DNA of 64,000 nucleotides from Rotaria socialis (Eukaryota): NCBI GenBank assembly GCA_905331295.1, contig CAJNYD010000407.1, positions 310,001 to 374,000 of the forward strand, read 5' to 3'. Shown piece by piece: positions 12,201 to 27,200 of this stretch (position 1 is its first letter; each line of letters starts with the position of its first letter). The notes under the pieces were generated by a model. It saw only the letters and a program-made list of their open reading frames with translations, ran no database searches and was not told where the DNA came from. The position numbers and the translations under genes were made by a program.

Positions 12201-15200
12201 GATGAAGAAAGAAAACGAATTGAAATGCATAATAATATGTATAATCAATTATTTGATGAGCAAAGATTTCAACGATCAGAAGTTAAAAGAACAAAGTAAA
12301 AATTTGAAAAAAATTTAAAAACACAAATCTTTTTATTTTGTTTTTTAACGTATTTAGAGAACATAAAAAATATGATGATGATATTGACCTTGGAATTAAG
12401 CCAGCCAATGGACTAGAATCACCACATATTACTTTAGCGGATGTAGAAAAAAATGTTAATAAAGCTATAAGTAAGTGAACATTTTATATAATTATCTTCA
12501 TGCAAAAAAAAATACTTGTAAAAAAAGATCTAGTCAGTTTGTGTCCAATTGAATATTTATTTTTAAAATTTACAAAAATATTCATTAGTTTAATTAATAT
12601 TTCTGAAACTATAGTGACATACATATTTCTCATCAGTTTTTAAGTAAAATCATCAGAGGGTAAAACAATTTGAAGCACGGCATATATAATCCGAGAAAAA
12701 AGTTTTCTAGACAATAATAGAAGTAAAAAGAAAGAAAATAATATACAGAAGGAAAAAAGAAGAAACAGGTTGCGAAGGCTGCAAAATTTTGACATCTTTT
12801 CTTTTCCTCTCATATTTGAAATCCGTCTAAAACTAAACATAATCTATGACGCTTGTCTTATTATTTTTTCTCTTGCTATATTCAAGTTCCATCTTATCCT
12901 AATTGGAAATATCGTTTACCAACAACATCTGAATTGGCTGAACAAGAACAAACATTACTAAGTAAACCAATAAAAGAAGGTCTTAATTCAGTACCAGCAA
13001 CGCAAAAAGAAAAAAATGATTCTGCTATACTGTTACCACCGAGTCAATTATTTAAAATTGTTGTTGGTTTGTTAAATTTTAATATTCTCATTTGAATAAT
13101 ACGGAAAAAAATCCTCCATTTAGGACCACCGGAATTAAATTTTGGTGAAGTCTGCGTAAATGCACCAGTAACAAAATTTTTATCAGTTCTTAATAATCTC
13201 GATCAATTTATTCTCGTTCAAATTGATGTTTGTTTTATTTTGAAAAAAAATTTTGCTTTCTTTACATATGATATTTCATATAGGTTGATTCATCTGCTTT
13301 AAAAATGACATCACCATTAAGTCAAGTAATACCTGGAAAATCTCATGTACAATTTCCAGTAACATTTGAGCCAACAGAAATTGGTCTTTATCAACGGTCA
13401 CTATCGTATATAATTAATAATTTCTATCGTCATTATGTTAAAATCATAGCCGATGTTCGTGTACCAACTGTACAATTGTCAACAGAAAAACTTCTCATAC
13501 GTTCATTACCACATCTTTTAGCTGAAGATTCCTTTCGAAAAGTTGTTCATTTATATAATCCATTAAATGCACCAGCCGAATTTCGTTGGATACCTATTGT
13601 TGGACCACGAGGAACAGCATTTTCAATTCGTCCAGCGACAGGTTTATTTCTAGATTTAATCTTTTTAAAGGAACTTCTAGAAAAAATAATATCTTTTAGG
13701 AATTATTGAACCTTATCAAACCATTGATAGTGAAGTTGTTTGGTATGGCAGTACACAAGCACCATTAGAAAATTATTTTACATTACATATTTTCTCAACG
13801 AATGATTCACGCAAAGTAGCGGTAAATAATAATTCTGTAGTACCAAATAGCGAAACAGCATTAACACTACAATGTATTGCACAAGTTGGTAAAGCAAAAT
13901 TTAAAATTCCTGAAAAACGTGTTAATTTTGGCTTAATACCAATCAATATGACAACGAAAAAATCATTTACCATTGTTAATGAAGGAACAAATCATCTTTT
14001 CTATCAAGTACGATTCTATTTATCTGATTATTCTTCATTGTTTTTGTTTCAAAACTCTCTTTTCTTTCTTTCTTTCTTTCTTTCAAGATAACGGATCCAA
14101 ATCCATGTTCTGGTGTTATTATAAGTCCAGACAATGGCCTTGTTTCAGCTGGTTCACAAACAAGTATAACAATTGAAGTTACACCTATCGAATTAATTAA
14201 ATTCGATATAAAATTTGGCCTAAAAGTTCTTGGACAACGTGAACAAGAAATTCGTATGACAGGCGATGTTGTTGAGCCAACTTTGAATATTCCTGAAACT
14301 GAATTTAACTTTGGTGGTGTACCAATATTAATGAAAGCAATGAAACCATTTTGTATCGAAAATAGGGTATGTAAGAATGAAACATCATATTTTTCTTCTG
14401 CATATTTTATCAATTTAATAATTGAAACAGTCAAGAAATTTTCTTTTCTTTTTTTCTAGAATAAGGTTAGCCAACAGATGAGTTTTTCTCGGATAGTTTC
14501 ATATCCGAACTGTAATATATGACTTCCACTATTTCAATTAGATTAATTTAATGAGCACAAATATGTTTTTATTTTTATTCAAAAGGTAAAAGGATAAAGA
14601 GAGAATATTCAACCTCTTGCGTGAACGCACTGATCTGTTCGAAAATGTCTTTTAACACAAATATTTGGGAAGCAACAAGGTACAAGACTAAATTTGCATC
14701 GAATACATCGATGTGTCTCCATTGGACGATGACGTTGATGATGATGACGATCGTATACACTCCTTTTGAAAATAGTAGGATTGTCATGATTAAAATCGGC
14801 ATCATTATTATTGTCCATGTCTGCTTGCGTTAAATCCGATGCAGCAAATGAGAAAAGAAGACCAATAAAGAATACCACCATAAATATATTTGATAGATGC
14901 ATTATGAGAAATAATAGAAATAACGTTAGGAAAATGTAGGGAGTATTTATATGTTGTTTATACAATGCTATCTATTAAGATTTATAATAGAAAAGTTAGA
15001 TTAGGTAATGACAGATTAAGATATAAATTCGCAGCATATTTGCGTCGGAAAAATATCTATTTTTCCTGAAGGACCTCAAGAGGTCAAGACATTTGATATG
15101 TAAAATAGTTAAGCTTTTATCAGTTGCTCGTGATATTTTCTAATGTATTATATTAGTCAGCACTACATGCATGATAAGATCTGTTGATATATTACGATGC

Positions 15201-18200
15201 AAAAAGAACGGCACAGCATTTCAACCCACACTCTCGTCGAGACGAGTGCTGAAAGACAATTTGTTAATTGGAAATATTTTATTTTTCATTTTCTTTAGAA
15301 TCGAATATAACTTACCTTTATGATCTGTTCATAAAAGAGAGGATACAACCTGAAAGACAAGTATTCTGAATAGAAATTTTTGTTCGACTTTTCTACGGAA
15401 AAGTCAACGAAAATTATCTTCTCAGAGCTATTCTGCAAAAACGAAAGGCAGACATTTGTGCTATTGCATTGATATCACACACTATTATTGTCGATGTTTG
15501 TCAGTGTCTCTTTTACATAAATAAACATATTTTATTGTGTTGATTCAATCAATTTGAGAATCACAATATTAGTATACTTAGAAAATAATTCTATTACTGT
15601 GAAGTTTTTCTTTTCTTCATTTCGAGTATAATTCGATTTCATTAAAATTATCCAAATTCATTAAAAATACTATCCATGTCTTCAATTCGTGATTTCATAT
15701 TCTTTTCTCTCTCTCTCTCTCTATTATAATTGCATCAATAATAGACGCGGAGATGTGCGCATCTGCTTGAGAAAATTGTCAGATGACTTGTTATCGAATA
15801 TTGATCAACAACAATAAATGCGCATTTAAAAATCAGCAATAAATTAGTCGCTCTTGAAAATTCTACAAGAGACTATTATTAATTTTTATCATGCATAATC
15901 AAATAAATGCAATTCTTGTTCGTGTTCTTCTCTGTGCTACTGTTTTGGTTTCGGCTAATCCGACTGCATCTGCTAAAGAACAACGTCTTGCTCTATCATT
16001 TCCAAACATATTTCAAGCATCGAATCCATTTTGTATTCCAATGATGTGTTTCGTTCCATGTATGTACAGTAGTCAACTTAACTCACGTGGATGTAGTACT
16101 TGCAGTTGTCTTCCATGTGGTGGTATATGGTGATTATCTTCGTGTTTTGTTTTCATTAAATCAATGAAAAATAAAATTCCTTGCCTGTATTATGAACTGA
16201 AGTAAAAATGACTGATCTTCGAGTTACATTTTCAAAAAGTCATATGAATGAATCTGTTTTAAAAATGAAAAACAAAAGTGATTTTCGATATAATTACTTC
16301 CCAGAATTCGATTTGACTGTTTGTATAAATCGTTGATACACATGCAAACAGAAATAATTATGCATGAAAATAATTTTAATTTCTATTCTGTAAATGCTCA
16401 AATAGATTTCCTTATTTTTATCCATCAATATAAACATTATTTGTCGTGTTTCATCAGATAGTTGACAGTAAATATATAAGAATTAAAATACTCATAGTTA
16501 TGTTTAGTATTAGCAAAAAATTCTATCTCATATTTGTTATGTACGAAATGTGTATTGATTATAAATAGAATTAATTACCTTAATTTACTTCAATTCACGC
16601 AGTTTAACTATTTTTGACGTAAAACTTCTAACTAAATCAAAAATAGATATAACTACTCAATCGTAAAAATGTCTCTCTTTTTTTATTCAGGGCACTGTTA
16701 AAGGAATTGTTGAGATAAATCTTTCCAAATATCCTGATTTCAGTATAAAAACAAATCCAGTTATTGGTAAATACAAATGACTGTCTCGTATTTCAAATTC
16801 TTGTATTCTAATTTAATTCATAGGCAATGAACAATGTTGTGTAAAAAATGGCCAAGTTTATAGTATAGTTGTTCAACCAGATGAAACTATTGAAGCTGAA
16901 CTTATTCTTATTCCAGCTGAAGTTTGTTTTTTTATTTTTATTTTTCTAGGTTTTGATTATTCTTCTTCGTCTTCTTCATTAAGATTGCTTTCTATGACTT
17001 TCTTCTTCCAATTCGTACATGTCCACCATTACTTAATGTTGAAGGTTTATCTCAAGCATCGAAACCTGAATCAGCATCGCATCATCATCGTGAATTGAGT
17101 GCAAGCGAACAAAAAGCTTTACAACCATCACATCCACCTATAAATCGTCGTATACGCGCAACAGCATTATCTGATTGTTTACAATTGTCAACAAAAGAAT
17201 TACATTTTCAAATGTATTCAACACAATATAATGCTATGAAACAAGGTGCCTATTGTGATTGTAAAGAAATTATTTTAATCAACAATAGTAAAAAACAAAT
17301 ACATTGGCAACTTGATTTACGTGATAATGTAGCATTAGATGATGATATATTTCGTGTATTACATTCATCATTGGTACCATTTATAAGTCCATCAACAAAT
17401 ATTGGACCCGAAGGTGAAATTGAACCAAAACAAATGTTTTCGTTTAAAATTAATTTTGCACCAAAAAAACCGGGAATATATAAAGCACGTATACCATTTT
17501 ATACAAATCATAATCAAGAAACACCCTATACATATATTGAATTAACTGGAGAATTAATAATGCCGAATTTAATATTTGAACCAAGACGTTTAATTCTTCC
17601 TCCTGTGCCACTTGATATTGATAGTATTGGAACAGTTCGAATGCGAACAAAAGGTTTTGAAAAGTATGTTTGAATAAAAAGAAAACTAATTATTTTACTA
17701 TTTGTTCTTTGATTATTTATTAGAAATACAAAATTAATTATTTTATCGCATGTTAAGCCAATAGATGTTTCATATGAATTTCATGCATCATTTCCTGAGC
17801 CAGCTATAATTAACATCGATAAACAACAAGATTTTTTGATGAAAATATGTTTTAGTAGTAATCATTCATATTCTGAACAGATTATAGTCAAAATAATTGA
17901 TGAAGAAAGAAATTGGTAAGTTGCTTTTCTGTTACGTCTTTTTTTTTATGAAACTAAGTTCTTTGCTTTTTCTATTTTAGTTTCGAATATGAAGTTTATG
18001 TTACTGCTGATAATTCAATATTTACATGTTACTCATTCTTATGGAAATCCGAAAATGATTATCAAATTGTTGTACAACCAGGTCAAATAATGAAAGGAAG
18101 TAGAATTAGATCTGATGAGAGTAATTCAAGTGGTACGAATAAATAATTGCGTTTTCCCCGCATACTGAACTAATGTTAACTAATCTTTTAACTCATAGGT

Positions 18201-21200
18201 GAGCCACTTTTAGTTCAAAAACGTACAGTAACAAGTTCAAATTCAAGACCAAATACAAGTACAAGTGCAACATTCGATCAAGTTGATCAAACATCTGATG
18301 GAACATCAACAGATGATAATATATCAGCACAGAATCGTAATGAACGTTCTCCGGTAAATAAAATTTTAATATCTAATAAGTGTAACAGAAAAAAGATATT
18401 TATCTTCGGAATAGTTTTTTAATACTCTGTAAAACTATTTTGGACATTTTTTCCGACATCGGTTTTCAACACTAGATTCGATCCTCATTTTTCTTTGGAA
18501 AACACACGTTAAAAATATATAATCAAACTAATTTGCTCATTGATAAGTTCAATACGAATGTTTTTCTATGAACCCAAGGGATAGAAGCTGGATACTATGC
18601 CGATAAGTGACAGTGCACATGTTACGGTTTAGAGTTCACTAGTTCTTTTTAATCAAAGTTCTATATTTACTCTCATAAACGGTAGCAACGAGACGCTTAA
18701 CAATTACGGGTGGTTAACAATTAGTAATATGAAATGACATAGTATCATTCAAGTTAATAGTGGTTATGTAGTCAATTTTATAATCTAATTCAACATAATA
18801 GAAATTATCATGCATATGCATATAATGCTTGTGATTACATGATAGTTTGAACTATACTATAAAATTTTCATGTGTTATCTAAAACAAAACCAGATATTCT
18901 TAAATTATATTAGAGATACATTTACGACGTATTACTTTTTTTGTAGAAAAACTAAATGCATCAAAATCTATGAGAAGAAGTTAACAACTTTTATTTTATT
19001 CAAACTATAATAAAATAAAGCATTGAAAAAGTCAACAAACATCGAACATAAGGATACTTTTCAGACAATATCGATACCAAATTCATGAAATAAGCTAAAT
19101 TATGATTAGGGGTGGCACTTTAATTTTAAATTGGCCGTAAAATGCGGAGTTTAAAGTTGTTTAAAGTTAGACTTAAATGCTTATTTTTGGCGTTTTATCT
19201 GTTGCAGATAGTCTCATAAGCATGACTAAATACGTTGGTACAGTAAAAAGTATTAAAAAGAAGCGTTTACAGGCGACTTTAAACAACTTTAAACTTTACG
19301 GTTAAAGTAAAGTTAAAGTGCCATCTCTAATTTATGACATGATCAGAATCATTATCGATGATTATATTCACTGTTTCTAATTATCAACTACATGGGTGGT
19401 GCCACAGTAGATTTGTACCTTAGTTTTATAACACTTAGTAATCTTCCGATTATCATACAGACAAGTTAGTGCGATTCGTTATTGACAACTAAATTTTACA
19501 ATTAATGAGTCGACAACGACTGTCATATTCCATCTGTCATTGGTTGAAATTTTGACAGAAGTCTGAAAAGAAAATTGATCTCTTTTTGAGTATTTATTAT
19601 ATAGCGTATGAGATAATTCATGAAGATTGTTTCCCATTAATATTAGTATGCAACTACAAGAGAAAATTAAATACGAAATCTTCTAATCAAAAACAAAATG
19701 CTTCCGAATGATACAAACAAGTTGAAATTTTTCGAAAAAAAAAGAAATAAGAGAGTCGCTTATCCTATTTTACATTCTTGAACCTACTGCTAATGTTATA
19801 AAATAATCAAAGAATCTAGATGCAACATAGAACGTATTCAATGTATTAAGTTATGTGTGAATATTATTGAACCAATAGATTATTCTATTCTATTTTCTGT
19901 ATAATTCAAAAACAAAACAGAGATGAGCCAGAATCATCTGGCTTTCGTCAAATAGCACGCTATGTTATAAATTATACGAGTACTTAGAAAATACCTAGTG
20001 AATACTTTCGCCTATTTAGTTTCTCTTTTGATACTCGAATCGCAAGGTCTCGTTTTTCATCTTACTGGAAGTATATAATCACTTATGTTTTTCATACAAT
20101 TGCGAACCTACTCGCAGTTGAAATTTCCTTCATAATATGTAATTCTAGAAAATAAATGATATTATATGTAAGAAATATTTTTTATTGTTGCTTTCTCTGA
20201 AATCAGAGTGGCGAAAAATGACTTCTTCTATTAATACAGGACATTCAGAAGAAAAATATGGTAATAGACACTTTTTTAAAATTTAATGTTTAGTTAATTT
20301 TATTGTTCAATGTACTATTAGTAAGAGTAACTCAAATTGTTTTGATCACCGTCTTAAATATACACTTTACTCCAGAGAGATATAGTTATTCAGTCTCATT
20401 TATAAATTGTAGGAAATTTTTTCTATTTTTTTCTAACAAAATAGATCGGTAGGGTAGTTTTTGGTTTCATAAGAATTTCTTATACTTGTAATCAATACTG
20501 ACTGTGTAATACTTACTTTATTTATGTTTTATAAATAGTATCAGTAAAACCCTACTAGTGTCCCGGGTAACAGTCTTAGTACAAATCTTATTATATATAT
20601 ATATATATATATAGCTAGTATCCGAGGGTTATTTGTGTGTATTCATGTAGATTCAATATGAAATTTAGACGAATTCGTTATGTTAGGTTTTATTTAGCAT
20701 ATATTTCCTGAATGTGCTACATATTCTGCTTGTAGCTAGACCTACATTAAGATTTTGTTTTTCTTCTTACTATATATATTAATTAAAGATACAATATAAA
20801 TTCAGTGACTTGATCTTCTTTTTTTAGAAATACACTAGTTTTTTGTTACAGAAAAAGATATCTTTCAAAACTATGCAGTCAAAGCAGTGCATTCTTGGTT
20901 AGCGTATACATAAGAGAATATCAACTGAGAAAAAACTTGAAATAGTCAGTAGAATAAAATTATTTGATGTCTCTAAAATAATAAAAATTTGCATGTTTTG
21001 ATTGTTCTGTGAAAAACAACTGCGTAGATCAATCGATTCATCTGGAGTGTTGATTTTTCAATAGGATATTATAGACTTTAGAGTGCGGCTTGACGAAAAG
21101 CAGATCACTTTGGATCTTTTTTATTCTTGAAATATGCGAAAAATTGAATAAAATAATGAACCAATTACATTGATTTGACAGTTGCTCTATGTTGCATTTA

Positions 21201-24200
21201 TATGTTTTGTTGTAGCATTTTTAGAAGCTTTGATTAGATTTAAACTTTAGAAGTATCATGATGCCATTAACAAAATTTACAGAAACCTATCATAGATCTA
21301 TGTTGAATAATATAAGTAAAAAGATATGAGCATAATTTAGAATTAGTAAATCATATTCTTTGCAGCTAGTTTGTAGTAAAAGAATATTTTTAATACCCAA
21401 GAGAGTTTTGCTTGACCAACTTATGTAAATATTTTTTGTCGAAGGTGTGACATAAAAATTGAAAATTCTGATATGACGAACCTAGTGTTATTTTCATACT
21501 ATTGTATTATATACTGTACTCCGTTTTTTGATTCATTTATACACAAAATATTAACAACATAGTTAATAATGAAAACCTTGATAAAAAATCATACATCTGT
21601 AGAACTAAGTGATTGAAACTAAAACTGAAAATAGTTCAATGTTGAATATATTTCTTTGTCAAACTTTCAAGTAATTTTACAGTGAGATGCAATTTTTGTT
21701 ATATTTCCAACAGTCACATTTGAGATACTTTCAATATGAAACTCTTCAGGCGCTCCTGATACTACCCTAATTAATATACCGACGATGTCTTTTTTTGCAT
21801 GCAAATGACAGCAGCACGCCATTACTATCATCATTTTTCAATATAATTTTGTCACCACTTCATCATTATGGCATGATTACTTGAGAATAAATTTACTTTG
21901 TCTACTAGAAATTATTTTTTAAAATGTTCTTAAACAAAAAAACATTTCGTTTGTAAAGTGCCGGAGAACTTCTTGTTCAATTGATTGAATACAAAATTCT
22001 TCAATAAGAAATAACAAGCAAACGAATCAAATAACCGTTAAAGTTAAAAGAAACATTAGTTAAATGAAGGTAAACTATATGAATAGATAGTCGTAAGCTA
22101 TTAATATATTCTTTTGTCTATCATCAAACAACTACAATTCAAAAGCAAATTTTTGAAATAAAAATTTCTTCTGATTTAACAAATTTATTTTAAATGTATT
22201 TATTTTAATTCAATATTTCAGACGCCATATGCTCGTATTCGTTCTGGCTCATCGAATACATTTAATCACGCAACAACTTTTAGTCAAGAATTAAATGCTG
22301 TTTCAATACCATACTTAGATAATGACTCCAAAACATTCCAATGGCTTGTATCAACCCTTGAACGATGGTATTCAAATCAAGGTTGGCCTAAAGGTACACA
22401 CGTGGCTAAAGTTCCTCAATCATTTCGAAAGTAAAGTTTAAATTATTTTTATTTTTACGTGACATCTATTATATTTGTTCGTTTATTTATTTTTGCTCAC
22501 TAGTGCATTATTTAAACGACTTTTTGAAACAGTCGGAACAAAACAAAATGCAAAAGAAGAACAAAAAACTATATATGATATGATAACACATTTAAGTGGT
22601 CATTCATTACCTGGTATACCACAAAATTCTGTACCACCCAAGAAAATGGATGAAGCTACAAAACAATACTTGTGGCAACATCGTTTATTATTATTATTTT
22701 TAAAGTATATTAGCAAATGATAATCTTGTTTTTCTTGGATAAAAAAGAAAATATTTTGTTTTCATTTTTATAGAACGCAAGGTTCTTGCACAGCTTTTAT
22801 TCGTCCCGAATATCTTCTTCCGTTCGATTTATACAATGTTTATATACAGATGCGTGAAACGGCTCTATTGGCAACTATATCCAATGAACAAAAAGATAAT
22901 GAATTTGCTCAAGAACATACCAAACCTCTTCATTTATCTCAAGAAGTTTTTGAAACGGTATCAAAGAAAACATGGGTAGATGTACTTATGCAGACAATTA
23001 AAGTAATTTCTTTTTAATTTTGATTTCAAAAAAAATTATTTTTGTTTTTACATTTGCAGAGTCTTGTACTTGGTCGTATCACACCCAAGTCATATGAACA
23101 ATTAGGAATACCCGATCGAAATAAACTTATGCCAGACATAAATACTGATCCAACATCAAGTAATATTTATGGTATTAGTGAACGAATTTTATTAACATGG
23201 CTTAATTATTGTTATTCAAATTATCGTGAACAAGTTTGGTCACATCGTGAACAATGTAAAGAATATTCTATTGTCTAATATTAGTATCGAATATATGTTC
23301 GAGTGATGCTGGTTTCTAGGCAATTTTTCACGTAGAAAATAGAAATTTAGCAGACAAAAGAAAAGAACAATGATTGACTCAGAGAGAGATACGATTTCAA
23401 TCTGCGATTAAGAAATTTTCGATCTTCATTCAAAAAAATGCTACCACGCGTTAAATCAAATTTTTGAGCCTTCAAATTTTCTCAATTTTGATGACCTTGA
23501 TATAATCTTAAACCCCCCTACAGAATAGAAGCCCATGGGTGGTGTCTCTGTTCCGCAAGCCATAATTTTGTAAGAAAGCACGCCCTGATGCCAGCTTTTG
23601 CGTTATTTGATAGAGAAATGTTCATATTTTCATTTTTTCATCGGTTTTAGTTCATTCTACATGAAGTAAACCTTGATGTTCAACGGAGAAATCTAGCTCA
23701 GGGGGTGGGCTTCTATTCTGTGTAGGGGTTTATTTATAATAGAACTAATAGTATTATAATTGATTAAGGAAAATTATTCTAATTTTAATTCTAGCTAACA
23801 TGCCATCTGGGCGATGGATTGTCAATTTTGATATTGATCTTGTTGATAGTATTGTACTTGGTACAGTTCTAGGTGCCTATTGTCCATTTTTAGTACGTAG
23901 AACTTATTGAAAAAAACTTTCCAATAGAAAAAAAATGACTTTTATTAGATTGAATCCCATCTTCAACGTATGTATGTTCATCCAACAACTGGTGAACAAT
24001 ATTTACAAAATGCACTCATCATTGTTTCTTGTCTGCTACAAATTGGTATTGAATATGACCTTCAAGCATTAGATATAACCCGTGCTGATCCCATATGCAT
24101 GTGTTTACTTGTCTGCTATTTATATGAGCATTTGCCGGATTACTTATCGAAAGGTAGAATACAATTTGGTGGAGTTTTACATGAACCATCAACATCACAA

Positions 24201-27200
24201 GTTAAAATAACAAATCCAAGTACACAAACATTAGTCTATTCGATGAGTATTGTTGGTCGGGATGCTGATGAATTTCAACTTGTTAAAGGTGCAACATTAA
24301 GTATACCAGCTAAAACATCATTGTTAGTGAATATTCAATCGAAAAATAAACGTCTTCGACCAACTGAAGCTGTTCTATTATTATATGGAAAACGAACAAG
24401 TACTTATCCAGGCTCAGCTATGGTCTTCTATCTACAAAGTTCAATTCAAACAATTACACCCAAGGTAAGATATGAAATAAGAAAGAGGAAGAAGAAAAAG
24501 AAAGAAATATATTCTTTTTCACTGATCATATTTATGTGCATGTCAATGAGAACATTTGTTTTCTATTATTATTCTTCTTCTATTAGTGTGTTTATTCGAC
24601 AAAGGTAAAAATACGATTCTTTGTATTTTGTTATTTTACCTGTAATATTTGTGTGATTGTTGTTAATTTTAATTATTGTGGATAACCTCTCTTTAATCAT
24701 GTTTGTTCGTATTGTGCCTAGCTTTATTTTTTGTTTTTACTAGAAAACTCATCGCATAGAAGCACCACTTTATAAAATAACAAAATCAACAATTGAAATA
24801 ACAAATCCATTTGATCAACATGGTATGTTTCAAGTCGCTATTGTTAATTCATCGGAAAGCACACAAGAAATGAGAAATCCATTGGTTGCATTAAATGACG
24901 AGTGAATATAGATAATTTTATTCTTCTGAATGAAATGAATATTTTTATTCTCTCTTGCTAGAAATAAAAATGATTCAGTGGAAGAATTATTTCAAATTTT
25001 AAAGAAAAATAAAAAAAGATCCAATCAAAGCAATGAAGCTGATTGTTTTTTTATTGAGCATACATCAGTTGAATTAAAAGCACATGAAACAAAAAATTTC
25101 GACGTTCAATATATTGCAACAACAGCTAAACGCCGGGAAGCATTACTTGTTTTTATGAATGAAACAATAGGAGAATTTCTTTTCCTGATCGAAGGTGTTC
25201 CAAAGAAACCTGAGTATATATAATTTATAAAATATTTATATTCTATGTATACATGTCATGTTCTCTCTTCGTCATAGAGCATTTCCTGTATCCAGTGACA
25301 AAGCAATGAAAATTGATCAGAAGAAAAGTAAGGAATGAATTATTGAAGACTCTCTTCCCTTTTCTCTTTCATCGGTAAACAACGCATGCATTCGATTATG
25401 TCGTTGTCAGTCGAAAATATTAGTGATAATCAACCTTTTGAGCAGTATAAAATATCAAAAAAAAAGAAAAATTTGACGGCCATTCTTGAAAGAGGCTCAT
25501 GAAAATGAGACTACAGTAGGATGCAGTTAACTACAAATAAATGTTTGGAAAAATTTTCACTATTTCAAGCATTTTGTAATAAAGATTAGGTTTTAACTTT
25601 TGGTTTTCCGGTAAGAAAATCGAACAATAAAGGTCAAAAGAATAAATTTTTGTTGATTGAGCACATTTAATAAATAGATCCTTATGTTTTCGACGAATCA
25701 AAAACAGATATATAGAAATCGAAGAAGCGTTCGTATCGTATTTTACACGATGATCAGTGAAGTTCTATAAGATCTTTCAAAAGATTAAAACGATCTACAT
25801 ATATGAATAGAAACAATCCTATATATTGAACAACTCAGTTACGGTTACAACTTTAGAATAGTCGATTAATTTAGAATCATCTAAAGAAATATCTTTGATA
25901 TAATTTAATAAGAGCAAGCATTACAAGACTATTCAAGATCTTATAATTCACGCTTAATCTTGAGACCGTTTTCTTATTTCTTAATTAAAATAGAATCAGT
26001 ATTCTAAGATATTATTTTCATGGATAAAAGATTTGGAAAAGATTTTGTTCATGATTTTGCTTTTAGTCAAAGTAGAAAAGCTACGTTTCAAAGCTGTAGT
26101 TGGCATATCAAATGTATTTGATATTGATATTCCCGTACAAAATAGTCAACGACAAAATGCTCTAGTTGCTGTTCGATGGCAGGTATGAAAGGAAAAAAGT
26201 TTCATTAACCTACTTATTTAATATAACTTTCTTTTCGCATTCACATTAAAGGGTATGTCAGAACGTGAACGGCAAAAGCAAACATTACTTGGTTTAACAA
26301 ATCAATTGCCGGATTCTTCAAAAAAACCTTTTCATCCATATTCACGTTTACCCGAGTTTAAAGTTCAATCGTCGTCAACAACAAATAACTTTATTATTCC
26401 AACGAGTTTATCATTGCCACTCGAAGAGCTATTAGTTAAATTACCAATACGTTTTCAAGCTGATAAACCAGGTCTTTATTCAACAAAAGTTTCTTTAACC
26501 TGTGGTGATGATATACGTGATTTTGACATTGAAATACATTGTATTACACAAACTGATAATGAAAAGCAAACAGCTACATTACAAATGAGAACAAGTGTAT
26601 TTACACCTGTACAACAAAATATTCCAATTGTATGTTTATATTTAATTTTTGATTGGAATAAAACAAACTACATCACTCTGTTTGGTTTTAGGCTAATTCA
26701 ACTGAAGACGATTGGAATATGACAGTCGTATTTTCGGGTAATAAATCATTTTCTGGTCCAAAAACATTTCATGTTGAAGCTAAATCTGTCTATCAATATC
26801 CATTAACATTTCATCCACAAGTTGAAGACGATAAATTTCATGCACAAATGATAATTAGCAACGCCGATACTGGTTTTACACAAGCATATAATCTACGTGG
26901 TAAATCGGATCGTGGACCACCTGTACGTTTATTTGTTTTGTGTATAATATAACAGAGAGAAAAGAAAAACATTGTTTTCTTGTTTAGATCGGCCATTTAC
27001 AATTGGAAAGTAAAGTTGGTGCAACGTAAGTTAAAATTCACATAAAAAATGAACTGCTAGTTTTTTTTGTGAAACACGATGTAAAATGAATATTATACAG
27101 TGTAAGAATCAATATTTGGATATTGAAAGACGTTGACAAACACTGGTTAGAAATCTTCGAGAATGCTGTTTCATATCGACAGTGCTATGACTTTGTAAAT

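Noticed and set aside
14903..14965. N-terminal extension of the knottin-like ORF in the ORF track
   Set aside because: It starts at TTG and spans the TATA box. The ATG at 14902 gives a proper signal peptide.
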